32,298 nucleotides of DNA from Candidatus Nomurabacteria bacterium RIFCSPHIGHO2_01_FULL_39_10 (GCA_001786805.1 MFTJ01000009.1:13263-45560); one strand, 5' to 3'; counted from the first letter of the stretch, positions 1-10,229 are shown. Made by a program: numbers and translations. The notes: generated by a model from the sequence alone, not told the origin.

Positions 1-1703
1 TATTCCACGACAACTTTTCCAGAATTTGTGAATTTGCCTATGACCGCCCTTTCCACTCCCCGGCTTTCCATTAATTTTTGAAATGTTTTCCATTTACTTT
101 TCGGCACGGACAAAGTCATTCGTTCTTGTGATTCTGAAATCCAAATTTCCCAAGGCGCAAGACCAGGATATTTAAGCGGAACTTTTTCTAGGTGTACTTT
201 TACTCCTCCACACTCTTTTGCCATTTCTGCCACCGATGAAGACAGTCCGCCTGCGCCATTGTCGGTGATGCTGTTGTATAAATTCAAATCGCGCGCTTCT
301 TTGACTATGGCATCACTTAATTTTTTCTGAGTGATAGGGTCGCCGATTTGCACCGCAGTAGCAGGTGAAGTGGAATCTATTTTGACTGAAGAAAACGTTG
401 CGCCATGAATTCCGTCCAGCCCCACTCTTCCGCCAACCATGACTACGTAATCGCCCGGCTCTGCCTCTTTTTCGTGCGAGGGTCGTTTATTCCCTCCACT
501 GGCGGGCAAGTTCCTAGGAATTAATCCGACAGTTCCGGCGAACACCAAAGGTTTTCCTCTAAATCTGCTGTCGTATTTTACGAATCCGGAAAGAGTCGGA
601 ATTCCCGAACAATTTCCGCCAGCATTTATACCCTGAATCACTCCGTCCATAATTCTTTTGGAAGAGAGCATTGGTTCCCTTAAATTTTTATCTCGGAATA
701 ATTCTTTTTTATCTTCGGGCTCGCTCAAGCAAAATCCATAAGTATTCGCCACGGGCTTGGCGCCCAGCCCAAAGCCAATAGCGTCTCGATTTACTCCGAC
801 AACGCCGGTAATTGCTCCGCCGAATGGGTCAAGCGCCGAGGGGCTGTTGTGTGTTTCTACCTTGTGGCTTATTAAATAGTCTTTGTCAAAAATTATTCCA
901 CCGGCATTGTCGCTGAAAACAGAAACGCAGAAATCGTCTTTGCCTTTTCTCTTCCGTATTAAATTTGTCGCTCCTTTTATGTAAGTTTTATACAAACCAT
1001 CTTTTATATCGTCAATTGGATTGGCAAAAATGGTGTGTTTGCAATGTTCCGACCATGTTTGCGCAAGTGATTCCAATTCTATATCTGTCGGGTCTCTTTT
1101 TAATTTTGCAAAATACGTTTTGATGACCTGCATTGAAGATAAATCCAGCGCGAGCGGACCTCTGCGTTTATTATCCTCGCCCATTATTCCTTCTGTGCCT
1201 ATTTTTATGAGCTCTTCATCGGAAATCCCAAGCGAGATATTTATGACAGGAGAACTTTTCTTTAAAATTACCTCTGGAATTTCATTTGGCAAACTTACTT
1301 TGCCGTTTTTTATCTGCGCAATATGAGTTCTCTCAATGAGCGGATTGTATAAAGTAGAAGCAAATTTTTTCACCTCTTCTGTATTTTTTTTACCCGAAAT
1401 AAAAAAGATTTTAGAAGTGTAAACATAAAAGCTAGAATTATTTTTTAAGTGAAGCAAATCTGTCGCTATTTCTTTGACTGTATGTCCGACATTATCGGTT
1501 ACCCCCGGTAGAAAACCTATCTCTATGGCATACGAGAATCCCTTTATTTGGAGGGGTTTATTAATGAGATATTTTTCTAAAATAGGATTAGTCAGAGCTT
1601 CCGCGAGTCTCACTAGTTCTTTTGAGGATAATTTAGAATCAATAAGGTAAGAATCTGCTCTCATACTCCCCTTATTCGGCATAACGTATATGCGTGAAAT
1701 CAT
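1..1703 (-). CDS. purL: Phosphoribosylformylglycinamidine synthase subunit PurL (5' part; runs off the window start)
   Basis: Not in the ORF track. Manual translation from the ATG at 1703 gives MISRIYVMP...AQTWSEHCKHTIF...DNAG...HKVETHNSPSALDPFGGAITG...GGRVGLDGIHGATFSS...VQIGDPITQKK...DNGAGGLSSS...SESQERM, all PurL motifs. Confidence 0.95.
   Translation of the reverse strand, partial: MISRIYVMPNKGSMRADSYLIDSKLSSKELVRLAEALTNPILEKYLINKPLQIKGFSYAIEIGFLPGVTDNVGHTVKEIATDLLHLKNNSSFYVYTSKIFFISGKKNTEEVKKFASTLYNPLIERTHIAQIKNGKVSLPNEIPEVILKKSSPVINISLGISDEELIKIGTEGIMGEDNKRRGPLALDLSSMQVIKTYFAKLKRDPTDIELESLAQTWSEHCKHTIFANPIDDIKDGLYKTYIKGATNLIRKRKGKDDFCVSVFSDNAGGIIFDKDYLISHKVETHNSPSALDPFGGAITGVVGVNRDAIGFGLGAKPVANTYGFCLSEPEDKKELFRDKNLREPMLSSKRIMDGVIQGINAGGNCSGIPTLSGFVKYDSRFRGKPLVFAGTVGLIPRNLPASGGNKRPSHEKEAEPGDYVVMVGGRVGLDGIHGATFSSVKIDSTSPATAVQIGDPITQKKLSDAIVKEARDLNLYNSITDNGAGGLSSSVAEMAKECGGVKVHLEKVPLKYPGLAPWEIWISESQERMTLSVPKSKWKTFQKLMESRGVERAVIGKFTNSGKVVVE
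492..510. repeat. Degenerate CCGCC-N-GGCGG-type palindrome inside purL (encodes LPASGG)
   Basis: Minus strand CTTGCCCGCCAGTGGAGGG; hairpin with one mismatch, resembling 12120-12135 and 23481-23496. Confidence 0.5.
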
Positions 1704-1709
1704 ACATAT

Positions 1710-1738
1710 ATACTATATTATTTTCATTTCTTTGCCAA
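1710..1738 (-). promoter_or_regulatory. Sigma70-like leaderless promoter of purL
   Basis: TTGGCA-17 nt-TAGTAT-6 nt-ATG on the minus strand. Confidence 0.6.
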
Positions 1739-1763
1739 TCTCATGTATTATTTGGAATACATA

Positions 1764-2099
1764 TTATGTCAAATTTATTCTAAATTCCTTGCCATGATCT
1801 TTGAAGCCAAGTTTCATATATAGGTCATGCACTTTAGCGCTTGTATATCGGCTTGTGCAAATAATTTTATAACATTTTTGCTTTTTTGCTTCCGCAATAA
1901 CTGCATTAACCAATTTTGTGCCTATGCCTTCCCCTCGATTTTTTTCTTCAACAAAAACATCTTCTAAAAATCCAAAAGGTTCTTCGTGCAAGCCATTAAA
2001 CATAACATAAAGATAAGCCCGCCCTAAAATTTCACCATTTTCTTCTGCGATGATTTTTATAGCATAACTTTTGTTTTCTTTATTAAATTTTATATTCAT
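1764..2099 (-). CDS. GNAT acetyltransferase, GNA1 (glucosamine-6-phosphate N-acetyltransferase)-like
   Basis: GFLEDVFV..NRGEGIG (acetyl-CoA motif A) followed by AKKQKCYKII; the EDV.V and CYK elements recall GNA1. GNAT is secure; the substrate is inferred. Confidence 0.85.
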   Translation of the reverse strand: MNIKFNKENKSYAIKIIAEENGEILGRAYLYVMFNGLHEEPFGFLEDVFVEEKNRGEGIGTKLVNAVIAEAKKQKCYKIICTSRYTSAKVHDLYMKLGFKDHGKEFRINLT

Positions 2100-2126
2100 G
2101 TGATTTAGCGTGGCGCGTTGTTAATT

Positions 2127-4511
2127 TTAAAAATAATTAGTCCATCTCCAATTTCGCACTTCGGGCATATCGTTACCGTGTACGACGACGTGCCGGCGAT
2201 GTTCGTCAAGCTTTTCTTCCATCAGTTTGAGCAAGCGCGTTTCTTTATCACCCTTCTTGTTACCTTTATTCGGCAGAGAATTAATGACGTATTCCACAAT
2301 ATGATAGCGATCTATCGCGTTCAAGACTGTCATGTCAAAGGGAGTGGTGGTTGTTCCTTCCTCCTTATATCCGTACACATGCATGTTGTTGTGGTTAGGA
2401 CGGCTATAGGTAAGGCGATGAATGAGCGACGAATATCCATGAAAGATGAATGTGATTGGTTTATCTTTCGTAAAGAGAGCTTCAAATTCCGTATCATCAA
2501 TGCCATGAGGATGGTTTTTGTGTGGCCGAAGAGTCATAAGGTCTAGCACATTGATAACCCGAAGCTTCAACTTCGGAATGTGTTCTCTCATTATGGAAAC
2601 CGCCGCGAGTACCTCTAAAGTCGGCACATCTCCGGCGCATGCAATAACGGCGTCCGGGTCTCCGTCTTTGTCATTGCTTGCCCAATCCAAAACGCCTATT
2701 CCCTTGAATGTGTGGCGAATCGCCTCATCTATGGAGAACCATTGAGGCATTGTATGTTTGCCGGCTATGACCACGTTAATTTGATGCATACTCTTCATGC
2801 ACCTATCCATAACAGCGAGTAGACAATTCGCATCAGGCGGTAAATAGACCTGGATAATATCGGCTTTCTTTTGATACACATGGTCAATAAACCCGGGATC
2901 TTGGTGAGTAAAACCATTATGTCCCTGTCTCCATACATGAGAGGAAATAAGATAATTCAAAGATGCTATTTTTTTTCTCCATGGAATACGCGTGACAACA
3001 TTCAGCCACTTGGCATGCTGGTTGAACATAGAGCTTACAATGTTAATAAAGGCTTCGTAACTATTGAATAGTCCGTGCCGGCCGGTTAAGAGATACCCCT
3101 CAAGCCATCCTTGGCAAGTATGCTCACTCAAAACCTCCATCACGCGCCCGGACGGTGATGTAAATTCATCTTCACCCGGCTGGTTCGTCATCATTTGCCG
3201 ATTGGTAACTTCAAAAACTGCGCCGAGACCGTTAGACATAGTCTCGTCAGGGCCAAACAAGCGAAAATTCTGCTCCTTTTTATTTGCTTTAATTATATCA
3301 CGGAGGAACTGAGCGAATACTCTCATCGCTCCCTCACCTTCTTCTCCCCGCTTTTTAATTTCTACCGCATACTTCTTGAAGTCCAGCACGTGAAGTTTAC
3401 GTAATAATAAACCGCCGTTCGTATGCGGATTTGCTCCCATGCGCCTATTGCCTTTTGGCGCGAGTTCGGCGAGTTCGGGTTTTAATCTGCCTGCGCTATC
3501 AAATAGTTCTTCCGGTTTGTAGCTTTTGAGCCACTTGGTGAATTCCGCAAAATGCGTTTTGTTTGTTTTGAGGTCGGCAAAGATAACTTGATGCGAACGG
3601 AAGGTGCCTTCGTTTGGCTTTCCATCGATTATTTTTGGTCCAGTCCAACCTTTAGGCGTTATGAGAACTATCATCGGCCAGCGCGGCCGGGTGGTTACAT
3701 TCCGCTCTCGAGCATCTGCCTGTATGCGCTTTATTTCAACAACGACTTCGTCCAATTTTTTTGCCATAGCTTGATGCATTATTTCTGGGTCTTCTCCTTC
3801 AATAATGTGCGGTGTCCAGCCATACCCGCGGAACAACTGGTCTAATTCTTCTTTTGAAATTCGCGCAAAAATCGTCGGGTTTGAGATTTTATACCCATTC
3901 AAGTGAAAAATAGGCAGAACCGCGCCATCGGTTTTCGGATTTAAGAATTTATTTGAATGCCACGAGGTCGCCAAGGGTCCCGTCTCCGCTTCTCCGTCTC
4001 CCACAACGCATGCGGTAATTAAGTCGGGATTATCAAACACCGCTCCGAACGCATGGGAAAGCGAGTAGCCCAGCTCTCCCCCCTCATGAATAGACCCGGG
4101 GCATTCGGGAGAGACATGGCTAGGCACGCCGCCAGGAAAAGAAAATTGGGTAAATAATTTCTTCATTCCCTTTTCGTTCTGACTTATTTCGGGATAAACT
4201 TCGCTATAGGTGCCTTCAAGATAGGTATTAGCGAGCAAGGACGGACCGCCGTGGCCGGGACCTGAAATGTAGAACATATCCAGATCGTACTTTTTTATTA
4301 TCCTATTTAGATGTACATAGATAAAATTTTGCCCTGGCGAAGTTCCCCAATGACCCATTAAAAGGGGCTTGATATCATTTTGAGAAAGCGGGCACTTCCC
4401 GAGCGGGTTATCGTATAAATAAATTTGTCCGATGGATAAGTAATTAGCCGCGCGCCAGTAAGCATTAATTTTTGCAACAATGTCTTTAGATAAATAATTA
4501 TTTTTTTTCAT
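2127..4511 (-). CDS. xfp: Xylulose-5-P/fructose-6-P phosphoketolase
   Basis: [29 protein letters not shown] (TPP), [25 protein letters not shown]. Start placed at MKKNNY (4511), overlapping the pta stop; the track start is 4529. Confidence 0.95.
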   Translation of the reverse strand: MKKNNYLSKDIVAKINAYWRAANYLSIGQIYLYDNPLGKCPLSQNDIKPLLMGHWGTSPGQNFIYVHLNRIIKKYDLDMFYISGPGHGGPSLLANTYLEGTYSEVYPEISQNEKGMKKLFTQFSFPGGVPSHVSPECPGSIHEGGELGYSLSHAFGAVFDNPDLITACVVGDGEAETGPLATSWHSNKFLNPKTDGAVLPIFHLNGYKISNPTIFARISKEELDQLFRGYGWTPHIIEGEDPEIMHQAMAKKLDEVVVEIKRIQADARERNVTTRPRWPMIVLITPKGWTGPKIIDGKPNEGTFRSHQVIFADLKTNKTHFAEFTKWLKSYKPEELFDSAGRLKPELAELAPKGNRRMGANPHTNGGLLLRKLHVLDFKKYAVEIKKRGEEGEGAMRVFAQFLRDIIKANKKEQNFRLFGPDETMSNGLGAVFEVTNRQMMTNQPGEDEFTSPSGRVMEVLSEHTCQGWLEGYLLTGRHGLFNSYEAFINIVSSMFNQHAKWLNVVTRIPWRKKIASLNYLISSHVWRQGHNGFTHQDPGFIDHVYQKKADIIQVYLPPDANCLLAVMDRCMKSMHQINVVIAGKHTMPQWFSIDEAIRHTFKGIGVLDWASNDKDGDPDAVIACAGDVPTLEVLAAVSIMREHIPKLKLRVINVLDLMTLRPHKNHPHGIDDTEFEALFTKDKPITFIFHGYSSLIHRLTYSRPNHNNMHVYGYKEEGTTTTPFDMTVLNAIDRYHIVEYVINSLPNKGNKKGDKETRLLKLMEEKLDEHRRHVVVHGNDMPEVRNWRWTNYF

Positions 4512-5505
4512 GGGATTGAGATGCAACAATACTTACGATATTGACGATATCATCAACCTTCGCTCCGCGGGATAAATCACTAATTGGTTTTTTTAATCCC
4601 TGCAAGATGGGACCGAGCGTTTGTGTTCCCGGAGATAGACAGGTCACGAGCTTGTAGGCGATGTTTGCCGCGTCAAGCGAAGGGAAAATTAATACATTCG
4701 CTCTGCCGCCGATTAAATTTCCCGGCGCCTTCCGCTCCGAAATAGATTTGACAAGCGCTACATCCGCTTGAATTTCGCCGTCAATAATTAGCTTCGGTCT
4801 CCGAGCGCGTACCAATTCAAGAGCCTCTTTAACAATGGCGATTGACTGACCACTGCCTCCCGAACCCTTCGTGCTGTACGAAAGAAGGGCGACTCTGGAT
4901 TCGTCCCCGACAATATGAGAACGCGCGTCCGAAGCCGCAATGGCAATGTCTGCGAGTTGTTCTGAAGTTGGTTGTGGCACAACGGCGCAATCAGAAAAAG
5001 TCAGAATCTCTTCATTATCTCCGCGAAAAGCCGGGACAATCATATAAAATGAACTTGAGACTGTCTGTATTTCAGGAGCTTTTCCGACTAGCCAAAGTCC
5101 TGCTCGCAAAACGTCCGCGCTCGGGCATCCTGCTCCGGCAACTAACCCATCACCTTCTCCTTCGCGCAATAAGTACATACCGTACATCAATGGATGGCGC
5201 GCAAGGCTGCGCGCCATCTCCGGAGTCAATTCATCCTTTGTACCGAGCTTTGACGACCGCAGTTCAATGAGTAATTTAGCAAGAGCATCTGCTCGCTTCT
5301 CCTCTATCTCAACATATTCAAAACCAAGCGATTTAATCTTTGTAGCATCCTCTTTGCTACAAACAAAAATAGGCGCAGCAATTTTTTCTTTCACGAGGAT
5401 TTTTGCGGCTTCAAGCACTCTCTCATCTTCTGATTCCGGAAGAATTACTTTTCGTATATATCCTTCGGTAGCGCGGGTGCGAAGATTTTGAAGAAAAGTA
5501 TTCAT
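4498..5505 (-). CDS. pta: Phosphate acetyltransferase
   Basis: [66 protein letters not shown]. Confidence 0.95.
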   Translation of the reverse strand: MNTFLQNLRTRATEGYIRKVILPESEDERVLEAAKILVKEKIAAPIFVCSKEDATKIKSLGFEYVEIEEKRADALAKLLIELRSSKLGTKDELTPEMARSLARHPLMYGMYLLREGEGDGLVAGAGCPSADVLRAGLWLVGKAPEIQTVSSSFYMIVPAFRGDNEEILTFSDCAVVPQPTSEQLADIAIAASDARSHIVGDESRVALLSYSTKGSGGSGQSIAIVKEALELVRARRPKLIIDGEIQADVALVKSISERKAPGNLIGGRANVLIFPSLDAANIAYKLVTCLSPGTQTLGPILQGLKKPISDLSRGAKVDDIVNIVSIVASQSHEKK

Positions 5506-5515
5506 AAAATATGTT

Positions 5516-7378
5516 TTATTCTACAGTTACACTTTTTGCTAAGTTTCTAGGCTTATCTACGTCATTGCCACGCTCTACCGCTATATAATATGCTAAAAGC
5601 TGCATGGGTACAAAAGCTAAAATCGGATAAAGCATTTCCAGTGTTTTGGGAATGTAAATCACATCGTCTGCCATTTTTTCTAGTTCTTTATTGCCTTCTG
5701 TTGTAAGCGCTATCACGAGCCCCCCGCGGGCTTTTATTTCCTGTATAGAACTTTTGCTTTTTTCATATATGCTGTCTGTGGGCGTGATGACAAGCGTAGG
5801 AAAATTTTTATCAATCAGGGAAAGAGGTCCGTGTTTTAATTCTGTTGAATTGCATCCTTCGGCGTGAATATAGGAACATTCTTTTAGTTTAAGCGCTCCT
5901 TCTAGTGCCGCCGCCGCATTATATTTTCGTCCAAGAAAAAAGAAATTATTGTAATTTTTATACTTTTTCGCCAATTTTTTTATAGTATTTGCATTTTTTA
6001 GAATTTTTTCAACTAAATTTGGGAGGACAAGTATTTCTTTTAAAATTTCCTGCCCTTTCTTTTTTGAAAGACCCCGCATTCTGCCTAAATAAATCGCAAG
6101 CATTATTTGGAGCAAGACCTGCGAAGTAGACGCTTTAGTGGAAGCTACAGCGGTTTCCGGTCCGACATGATTGTATATACCGGCATCCACTTCTCGCGCT
6201 ATGCTTGAGCCGATGACATTTACAATTCCTAAAGTCAGCATTCTCTCACTCTTTGCCTTTTTGATGGCATTTAGCGTATCCAAAGTTTCTCCAGACTGAG
6301 AAATAGCTAATAGCCCAGTATTTTTGTGAGCGACAGTCTCCCGATAAGTAAATTCTGAACCGTATTCTACTTTCGTCGGGATACCCGCAAGTTCTTCAAA
6401 AGCGTATTCGCCAACCAGTCCGGTAAAGCGCGCCGTACCCATTCCCGCTATCGTAATGCGCCGCAAACTTTTTAATTCCTTTTTGAATTTCTCCAGCCCG
6501 CCGAATTTAACATTGCCTTTTTCTAAAACAATTCTGCCACGCATTGTGTTGCGCAAAGATTCCGGCTGTTCAAAAATTTCTTTGAGCATGAAGTGTGGAT
6601 AGCCTCCTTTTTCAAGTTCCTCGATTTTTGTTTTCAGCGTATGAACATATGGATTTTTTATTACTTTATTTCCTACTGTTTTTATTTTTAAGGTAAGTTT
6701 TCCATTTTTTGCTGTATTTATTACGGCCATCTCACCATCGCCTAAATAAATAACTTTTTTAGTATGGTCTACAATCGGAGTGGCGTCAGAAGCGACAAAA
6801 AATTCACCCTTGCCTACACCGATAATTGCCGGAGAGCCGACTTTTGCCACTACCATTACGCCGGGTTCGTCTTTGGATAAGACTAAAACAGCATAAGCTC
6901 CGACTATCTGCGCGAGCGCTAGACGGACAGCCTCATCAATGGCGACTTTTGCGTTCTTTTTTATATCCTCAATCAAGTTTGCTAAAACTTCAGTGTCTGT
7001 GTCGCTTTTAAACTTGTATCCTTTTCCAATCAAAACTTTTTTTATGGAAAGATAATTTTCTATAATGCCGTTGTGTACAATCACAATATCTCCGCCGTTT
7101 GATAAATGCGGATGCGCGTTTCTGTCTGATGGTACGCCATGAGTCGCCCAGCGGGTGTGCGCGATGCCCACTCCGCCTGAAAGTTCATTATCCTTTTTTT
7201 CTTTTTCAAATTTAGCCAATTCCGCCACTCTGCCCTTTTTTTTATAAACGGAAAAAGTACCTTTGTCTAACAAAGCAATTCCTGCGGAATCATATCCGCG
7301 GTATTCCAGCCGTTCCAATCCCTTATACAAAACCGGCCAAGCCTCTTTTTTCCCAATGTATCCGATAATTCCGCACAT
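5516..7378 (-). CDS. glmS: Glutamine-fructose-6-phosphate transaminase
   Basis: MCGIIG (catalytic Cys1), LEYRGYDSAG, HTRWATHG, HNGIIEN, SQSGET, ELKHGP, C-terminal KPRNLAKSVTVE. Confidence 0.98.
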   Translation of the reverse strand: MCGIIGYIGKKEAWPVLYKGLERLEYRGYDSAGIALLDKGTFSVYKKKGRVAELAKFEKEKKDNELSGGVGIAHTRWATHGVPSDRNAHPHLSNGGDIVIVHNGIIENYLSIKKVLIGKGYKFKSDTDTEVLANLIEDIKKNAKVAIDEAVRLALAQIVGAYAVLVLSKDEPGVMVVAKVGSPAIIGVGKGEFFVASDATPIVDHTKKVIYLGDGEMAVINTAKNGKLTLKIKTVGNKVIKNPYVHTLKTKIEELEKGGYPHFMLKEIFEQPESLRNTMRGRIVLEKGNVKFGGLEKFKKELKSLRRITIAGMGTARFTGLVGEYAFEELAGIPTKVEYGSEFTYRETVAHKNTGLLAISQSGETLDTLNAIKKAKSERMLTLGIVNVIGSSIAREVDAGIYNHVGPETAVASTKASTSQVLLQIMLAIYLGRMRGLSKKKGQEILKEILVLPNLVEKILKNANTIKKLAKKYKNYNNFFFLGRKYNAAAALEGALKLKECSYIHAEGCNSTELKHGPLSLIDKNFPTLVITPTDSIYEKSKSSIQEIKARGGLVIALTTEGNKELEKMADDVIYIPKTLEMLYPILAFVPMQLLAYYIAVERGNDVDKPRNLAKSVTVE

Positions 7379-7423
7379 GGAAAAAGCATAGCAAATTTTG
7401 TAAATTTAGGCTATTATTTACGA
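7379..7423. promoter_or_regulatory. Back-to-back leaderless promoters of glmS and yvcK in a 45-bp spacer
   Basis: Minus: TGcTATGCT-6 nt-ATG (glmS). Plus: TATTAT (7412-7417)-6 nt-ATG (yvcK). Confidence 0.55.
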
Positions 7424-8404
7424 ATGAAAAACATTGTGACTATAGGCGGAGGCACTGGTAGCTATACTGTCTTATCAGGGCTAAAAAATATCCCAGGTAT
7501 TTCTATTTCGGCACTCGTTTCCATGGCGGATGATGGCGGTTCTGGAGGAGCGTTAAGAAATGAGCTTGGCGTTCTCCCTCCGGGAGATGTAAGGCTGTGT
7601 CTTGTCGCCCTTTCTGAACATAGTAATGTAATGCGTGAATTAATGAATTATAGATTTAAGGAAGGAACCTTGGTAGGGCATAACTTCGGCAATATTTTTT
7701 TAGCGGCATTTGAAAAAGTTACTGGAGATTTTACAAAGGGTCTGGAAATAGCTTCAGAAATTTTAAAAATTAAAGGCACTGTGATACCAATAACAAAAAA
7801 TAAAGCGGAGTTGGCAGTGTCGCTTTTAGATGGAAAAGTATTTGAAGGAGAAAACAATATACAAAATGCTGATTTGCAGTCAGTGGGCATAAAAGAAGTT
7901 TTTTATAAAAATAAAGTTTTGTTAAATGAATATGCCAAAGTTGCAATATTGAAAGCGGATTATGTAATCTTAGGTCCCGGAAATTATTTCTGTTCTATTG
8001 TGCCCAATTTAATAGTCAAAGGTTTTAAGGAAACTATTCTTGAAAGTAAAGCTAAGATTATTTTACCTATAAATTTAACCAATAAATCAGGGCATACGAC
8101 AAATTGGAAAGCCAGCACTTATCTAAAAGATGTAGAAAAATATCTAGAAAAACCTGTTGATTTTATTTTAGTAAATAAAGACACGCTATCTAAAGAGCAA
8201 ATTGAATGTTATAAGATAGAGGAAGGAGAAGGAGTGCTCGTTGAAGATGATTTCAACGATAGTCGTGTTATCAGAACCCATCTGCTTTCTCATATTATAT
8301 TTGAAAAGCCAAAAGAAGATGTAATTCCTAGCACGAAAGGATTTATTCGTCATGATTCGGAAAAATTAGCGGAGTGTATAGAGAAAATAATAAATAAAAA
8401 ATAA
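7424..8404 (+). CDS. yvcK: YvcK/GlmR family (UPF0052) UDP-GlcNAc-binding protein
   Basis: IVTIGGGTG, MADDGGSGG.LR.ELG.LPPGDVR.CL, GHNFGN, ILGPG..F.SIVPNL, IRHDSEKLA. Confidence 0.92.
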   Translation: MKNIVTIGGGTGSYTVLSGLKNIPGISISALVSMADDGGSGGALRNELGVLPPGDVRLCLVALSEHSNVMRELMNYRFKEGTLVGHNFGNIFLAAFEKVTGDFTKGLEIASEILKIKGTVIPITKNKAELAVSLLDGKVFEGENNIQNADLQSVGIKEVFYKNKVLLNEYAKVAILKADYVILGPGNYFCSIVPNLIVKGFKETILESKAKIILPINLTNKSGHTTNWKASTYLKDVEKYLEKPVDFILVNKDTLSKEQIECYKIEEGEGVLVEDDFNDSRVIRTHLLSHIIFEKPKEDVIPSTKGFIRHDSEKLAECIEKIINKK

Positions 8405-8946
8405 TGAAATTCATTTTTGATTTTGATGATGTGCTGTTTCATACAACTAAAAAATTTAGAGAGCACGAAAACGCCATCTTAGAAAAAGCGGGGATATCGC
8501 GGGAAACAAGCATGGAATATTCTAAAAAAGAGAGATGGAATCTATTTTCATTAAGAAAAATGCTGGCGCATTTTTCTGTCCCTCCTGAACTTTACGAAAA
8601 AATAATGGAAAAAAGCAAGAACCATGTAAATGAAGAACTGCGGGAAATAATAGAAAAATTAGGCAAACCAAACTGCTATTTAGTTACTTATGGCGATGAA
8701 GAATTTCAGCTGGATAAAATAAAAAGATCTGGCATAATGCCGTTATTCTCAGAAGTTATTGTAGTGATTGGCAGCAAGAAAGAAGCAATAGAAAAAATAT
8801 GCGCTAAATACAAAAACGAAAAAGTAATATTTGTTGACGACAAAGCCAAACATTTTGAAGACTTGGATTTTATAAAATATCCAAATTTAAAAACAATTCT
8901 TTATGACGAGCGGGGTTTAGAGAAACTCACTTCAATTTTATCATAG
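8404..8946 (+). CDS. HAD-superfamily hydrolase/phosphotransferase
   Basis: Motif I FDFDDVL, motif II LVTYG, motif III K, motif IV FVDDK; TAATG overlap with yvcK. Confidence 0.8.
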   Translation: MKFIFDFDDVLFHTTKKFREHENAILEKAGISRETSMEYSKKERWNLFSLRKMLAHFSVPPELYEKIMEKSKNHVNEELREIIEKLGKPNCYLVTYGDEEFQLDKIKRSGIMPLFSEVIVVIGSKKEAIEKICAKYKNEKVIFVDDKAKHFEDLDFIKYPNLKTILYDERGLEKLTSILS

Positions 8947-10045
8947 TCGTAAGCGCTGGTTCGGTATAAACCGGCACGATGGTAAACCGCAGACGGCCTA
9001 TTAATTGCCCTTGTTCGGTTTTGACATTCACCTGCCATCTTCCGGGAGCCAGATTTGAAAGCTTGGAGTATGTGCGAAAGCCTCCATCTCGTCCGCCCAC
9101 CACGGATAAGTCCACAACGCTTTTAGTTGCCCATTCATCTTTTGTCTCATTATAGTACTGCCACTCATGCTGTACTGAAAGATCAAGTCCTTTGGGAGAA
9201 AAAATAGAGCTAAATGCATACACCGGCTTGCCCGTTACTTTTTTAAAATCAGGATATAAATTGAAATAATCTCTCCAGCCATGCTTTTCGTACGCAACGA
9301 CCAGATTCCCCTTTTCGTTTCTATACACAGAATGATAAACACCGCCCTCCTTGATTGAAAGCGGAATCGGCGGAATTACATTGGTGAAATACAGTATATT
9401 AACCAAAATAAAAATAATTGTAATTAGCCAGTATATTAAATTTTTGCTTTTAGCAAATTTACCTTTTGTAAAGTAGAATAAAACTTTAATAAAAAGCGCG
9501 ATTAAAATTATGCTGACTAATCCCGAAAATAAAAATATTTCCGCGCCGATTTTACGCAAAAGAACAGGTATGACAAAAATTGAAAACCAGTAAATTGAGA
9601 GGAAGAACAGGCTTATCTGAAAACCAAGCCTGATGTAATGTTTTTTTAAAAATTCATTTCCGATAAAAATTAAAACAAGAAGAGCAATGAAAGGCCACGC
9701 CACCATTATGTCCGCGCTTCGGAAATATAAAACCAAGAAAGCGGAAAAAACTCCGCCAAAAGCGAATTGAAGAATGTTCACATACCAGAAATGCGCTTTG
9801 CTTAAGTTTTCTTTACCCCGCCCTTCTGGGCGAGGCAGGTCGCTAGATTCAGTTTCTTTCAGATGAATTAAGATAATAAAAACCGCGATTATAAAAAGAT
9901 AGCCGGAAATCCAAACATTTTCCCAAAGCGCATCCACACGTCTTAGTGTGAAAGCGTCAAAAATAAACCCAAGAAGAAGGGAAAAAGAAGAAATCGGGCG
10001 TTCAAAACGGGTGTAAAAATTATGAACGGGATGCAGGAAACGCAT
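8927..10045 (-). CDS. Multi-pass membrane protein with C-terminal DUF2914-like domain
   Basis: About 7 hydrophobic segments, then H.W...GGRDGGFRTYS.....PGRWQVNV, recalled as DUF2914-like. Confidence 0.7.
   Translation of the reverse strand: MRFLHPVHNFYTRFERPISSFSLLLGFIFDAFTLRRVDALWENVWISGYLFIIAVFIILIHLKETESSDLPRPEGRGKENLSKAHFWYVNILQFAFGGVFSAFLVLYFRSADIMVAWPFIALLVLIFIGNEFLKKHYIRLGFQISLFFLSIYWFSIFVIPVLLRKIGAEIFLFSGLVSIILIALFIKVLFYFTKGKFAKSKNLIYWLITIIFILVNILYFTNVIPPIPLSIKEGGVYHSVYRNEKGNLVVAYEKHGWRDYFNLYPDFKKVTGKPVYAFSSIFSPKGLDLSVQHEWQYYNETKDEWATKSVVDLSVVGGRDGGFRTYSKLSNLAPGRWQVNVKTEQGQLIGRLRFTIVPVYTEPALTTMIKLK
9816..9839. repeat. GC-rich hairpin inserted in the membrane-protein gene (encodes LPRPEGRG)
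   Basis: CCCCGCCC-TTCT-GGGCGAGG-CAGG in an AT-rich gene, in a loop between TM segments. Confidence 0.6.
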
Positions 10046-10079
10046 AATTTAAGTATAACATCATCTAGAAATTTCATCT

Positions 10080-10229
10080 TTATATCAGTAATCTCCCAAT
10101 AACTACGGGATAAAAACCCAATTCTTTGTTTATTTTTTCAGCCAATAATTTTATTGAATTTATATAATCTCGAATAAACATATCTCTTTGGTATTCAGAT
10201 CTCTGTTCTTCATAATCTCTCACTTTCAT
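10080..10229 (-). CDS. Possible 49-aa hypothetical protein or gene remnant
   Basis: Open frame MKVRDYEEQRSEYQRDMFIRDYINSIKLLAEKINKELGFYPVVIGRLLI* filling an otherwise empty gap; no recognised motif. Confidence 0.25.
   Translation of the reverse strand: MKVRDYEEQRSEYQRDMFIRDYINSIKLLAEKINKELGFYPVVIGRLLI

Noticed and set aside
7379..7423. glmS ribozyme
   Set aside because: Only 45 AT-rich bp separate glmS from the divergent gene.
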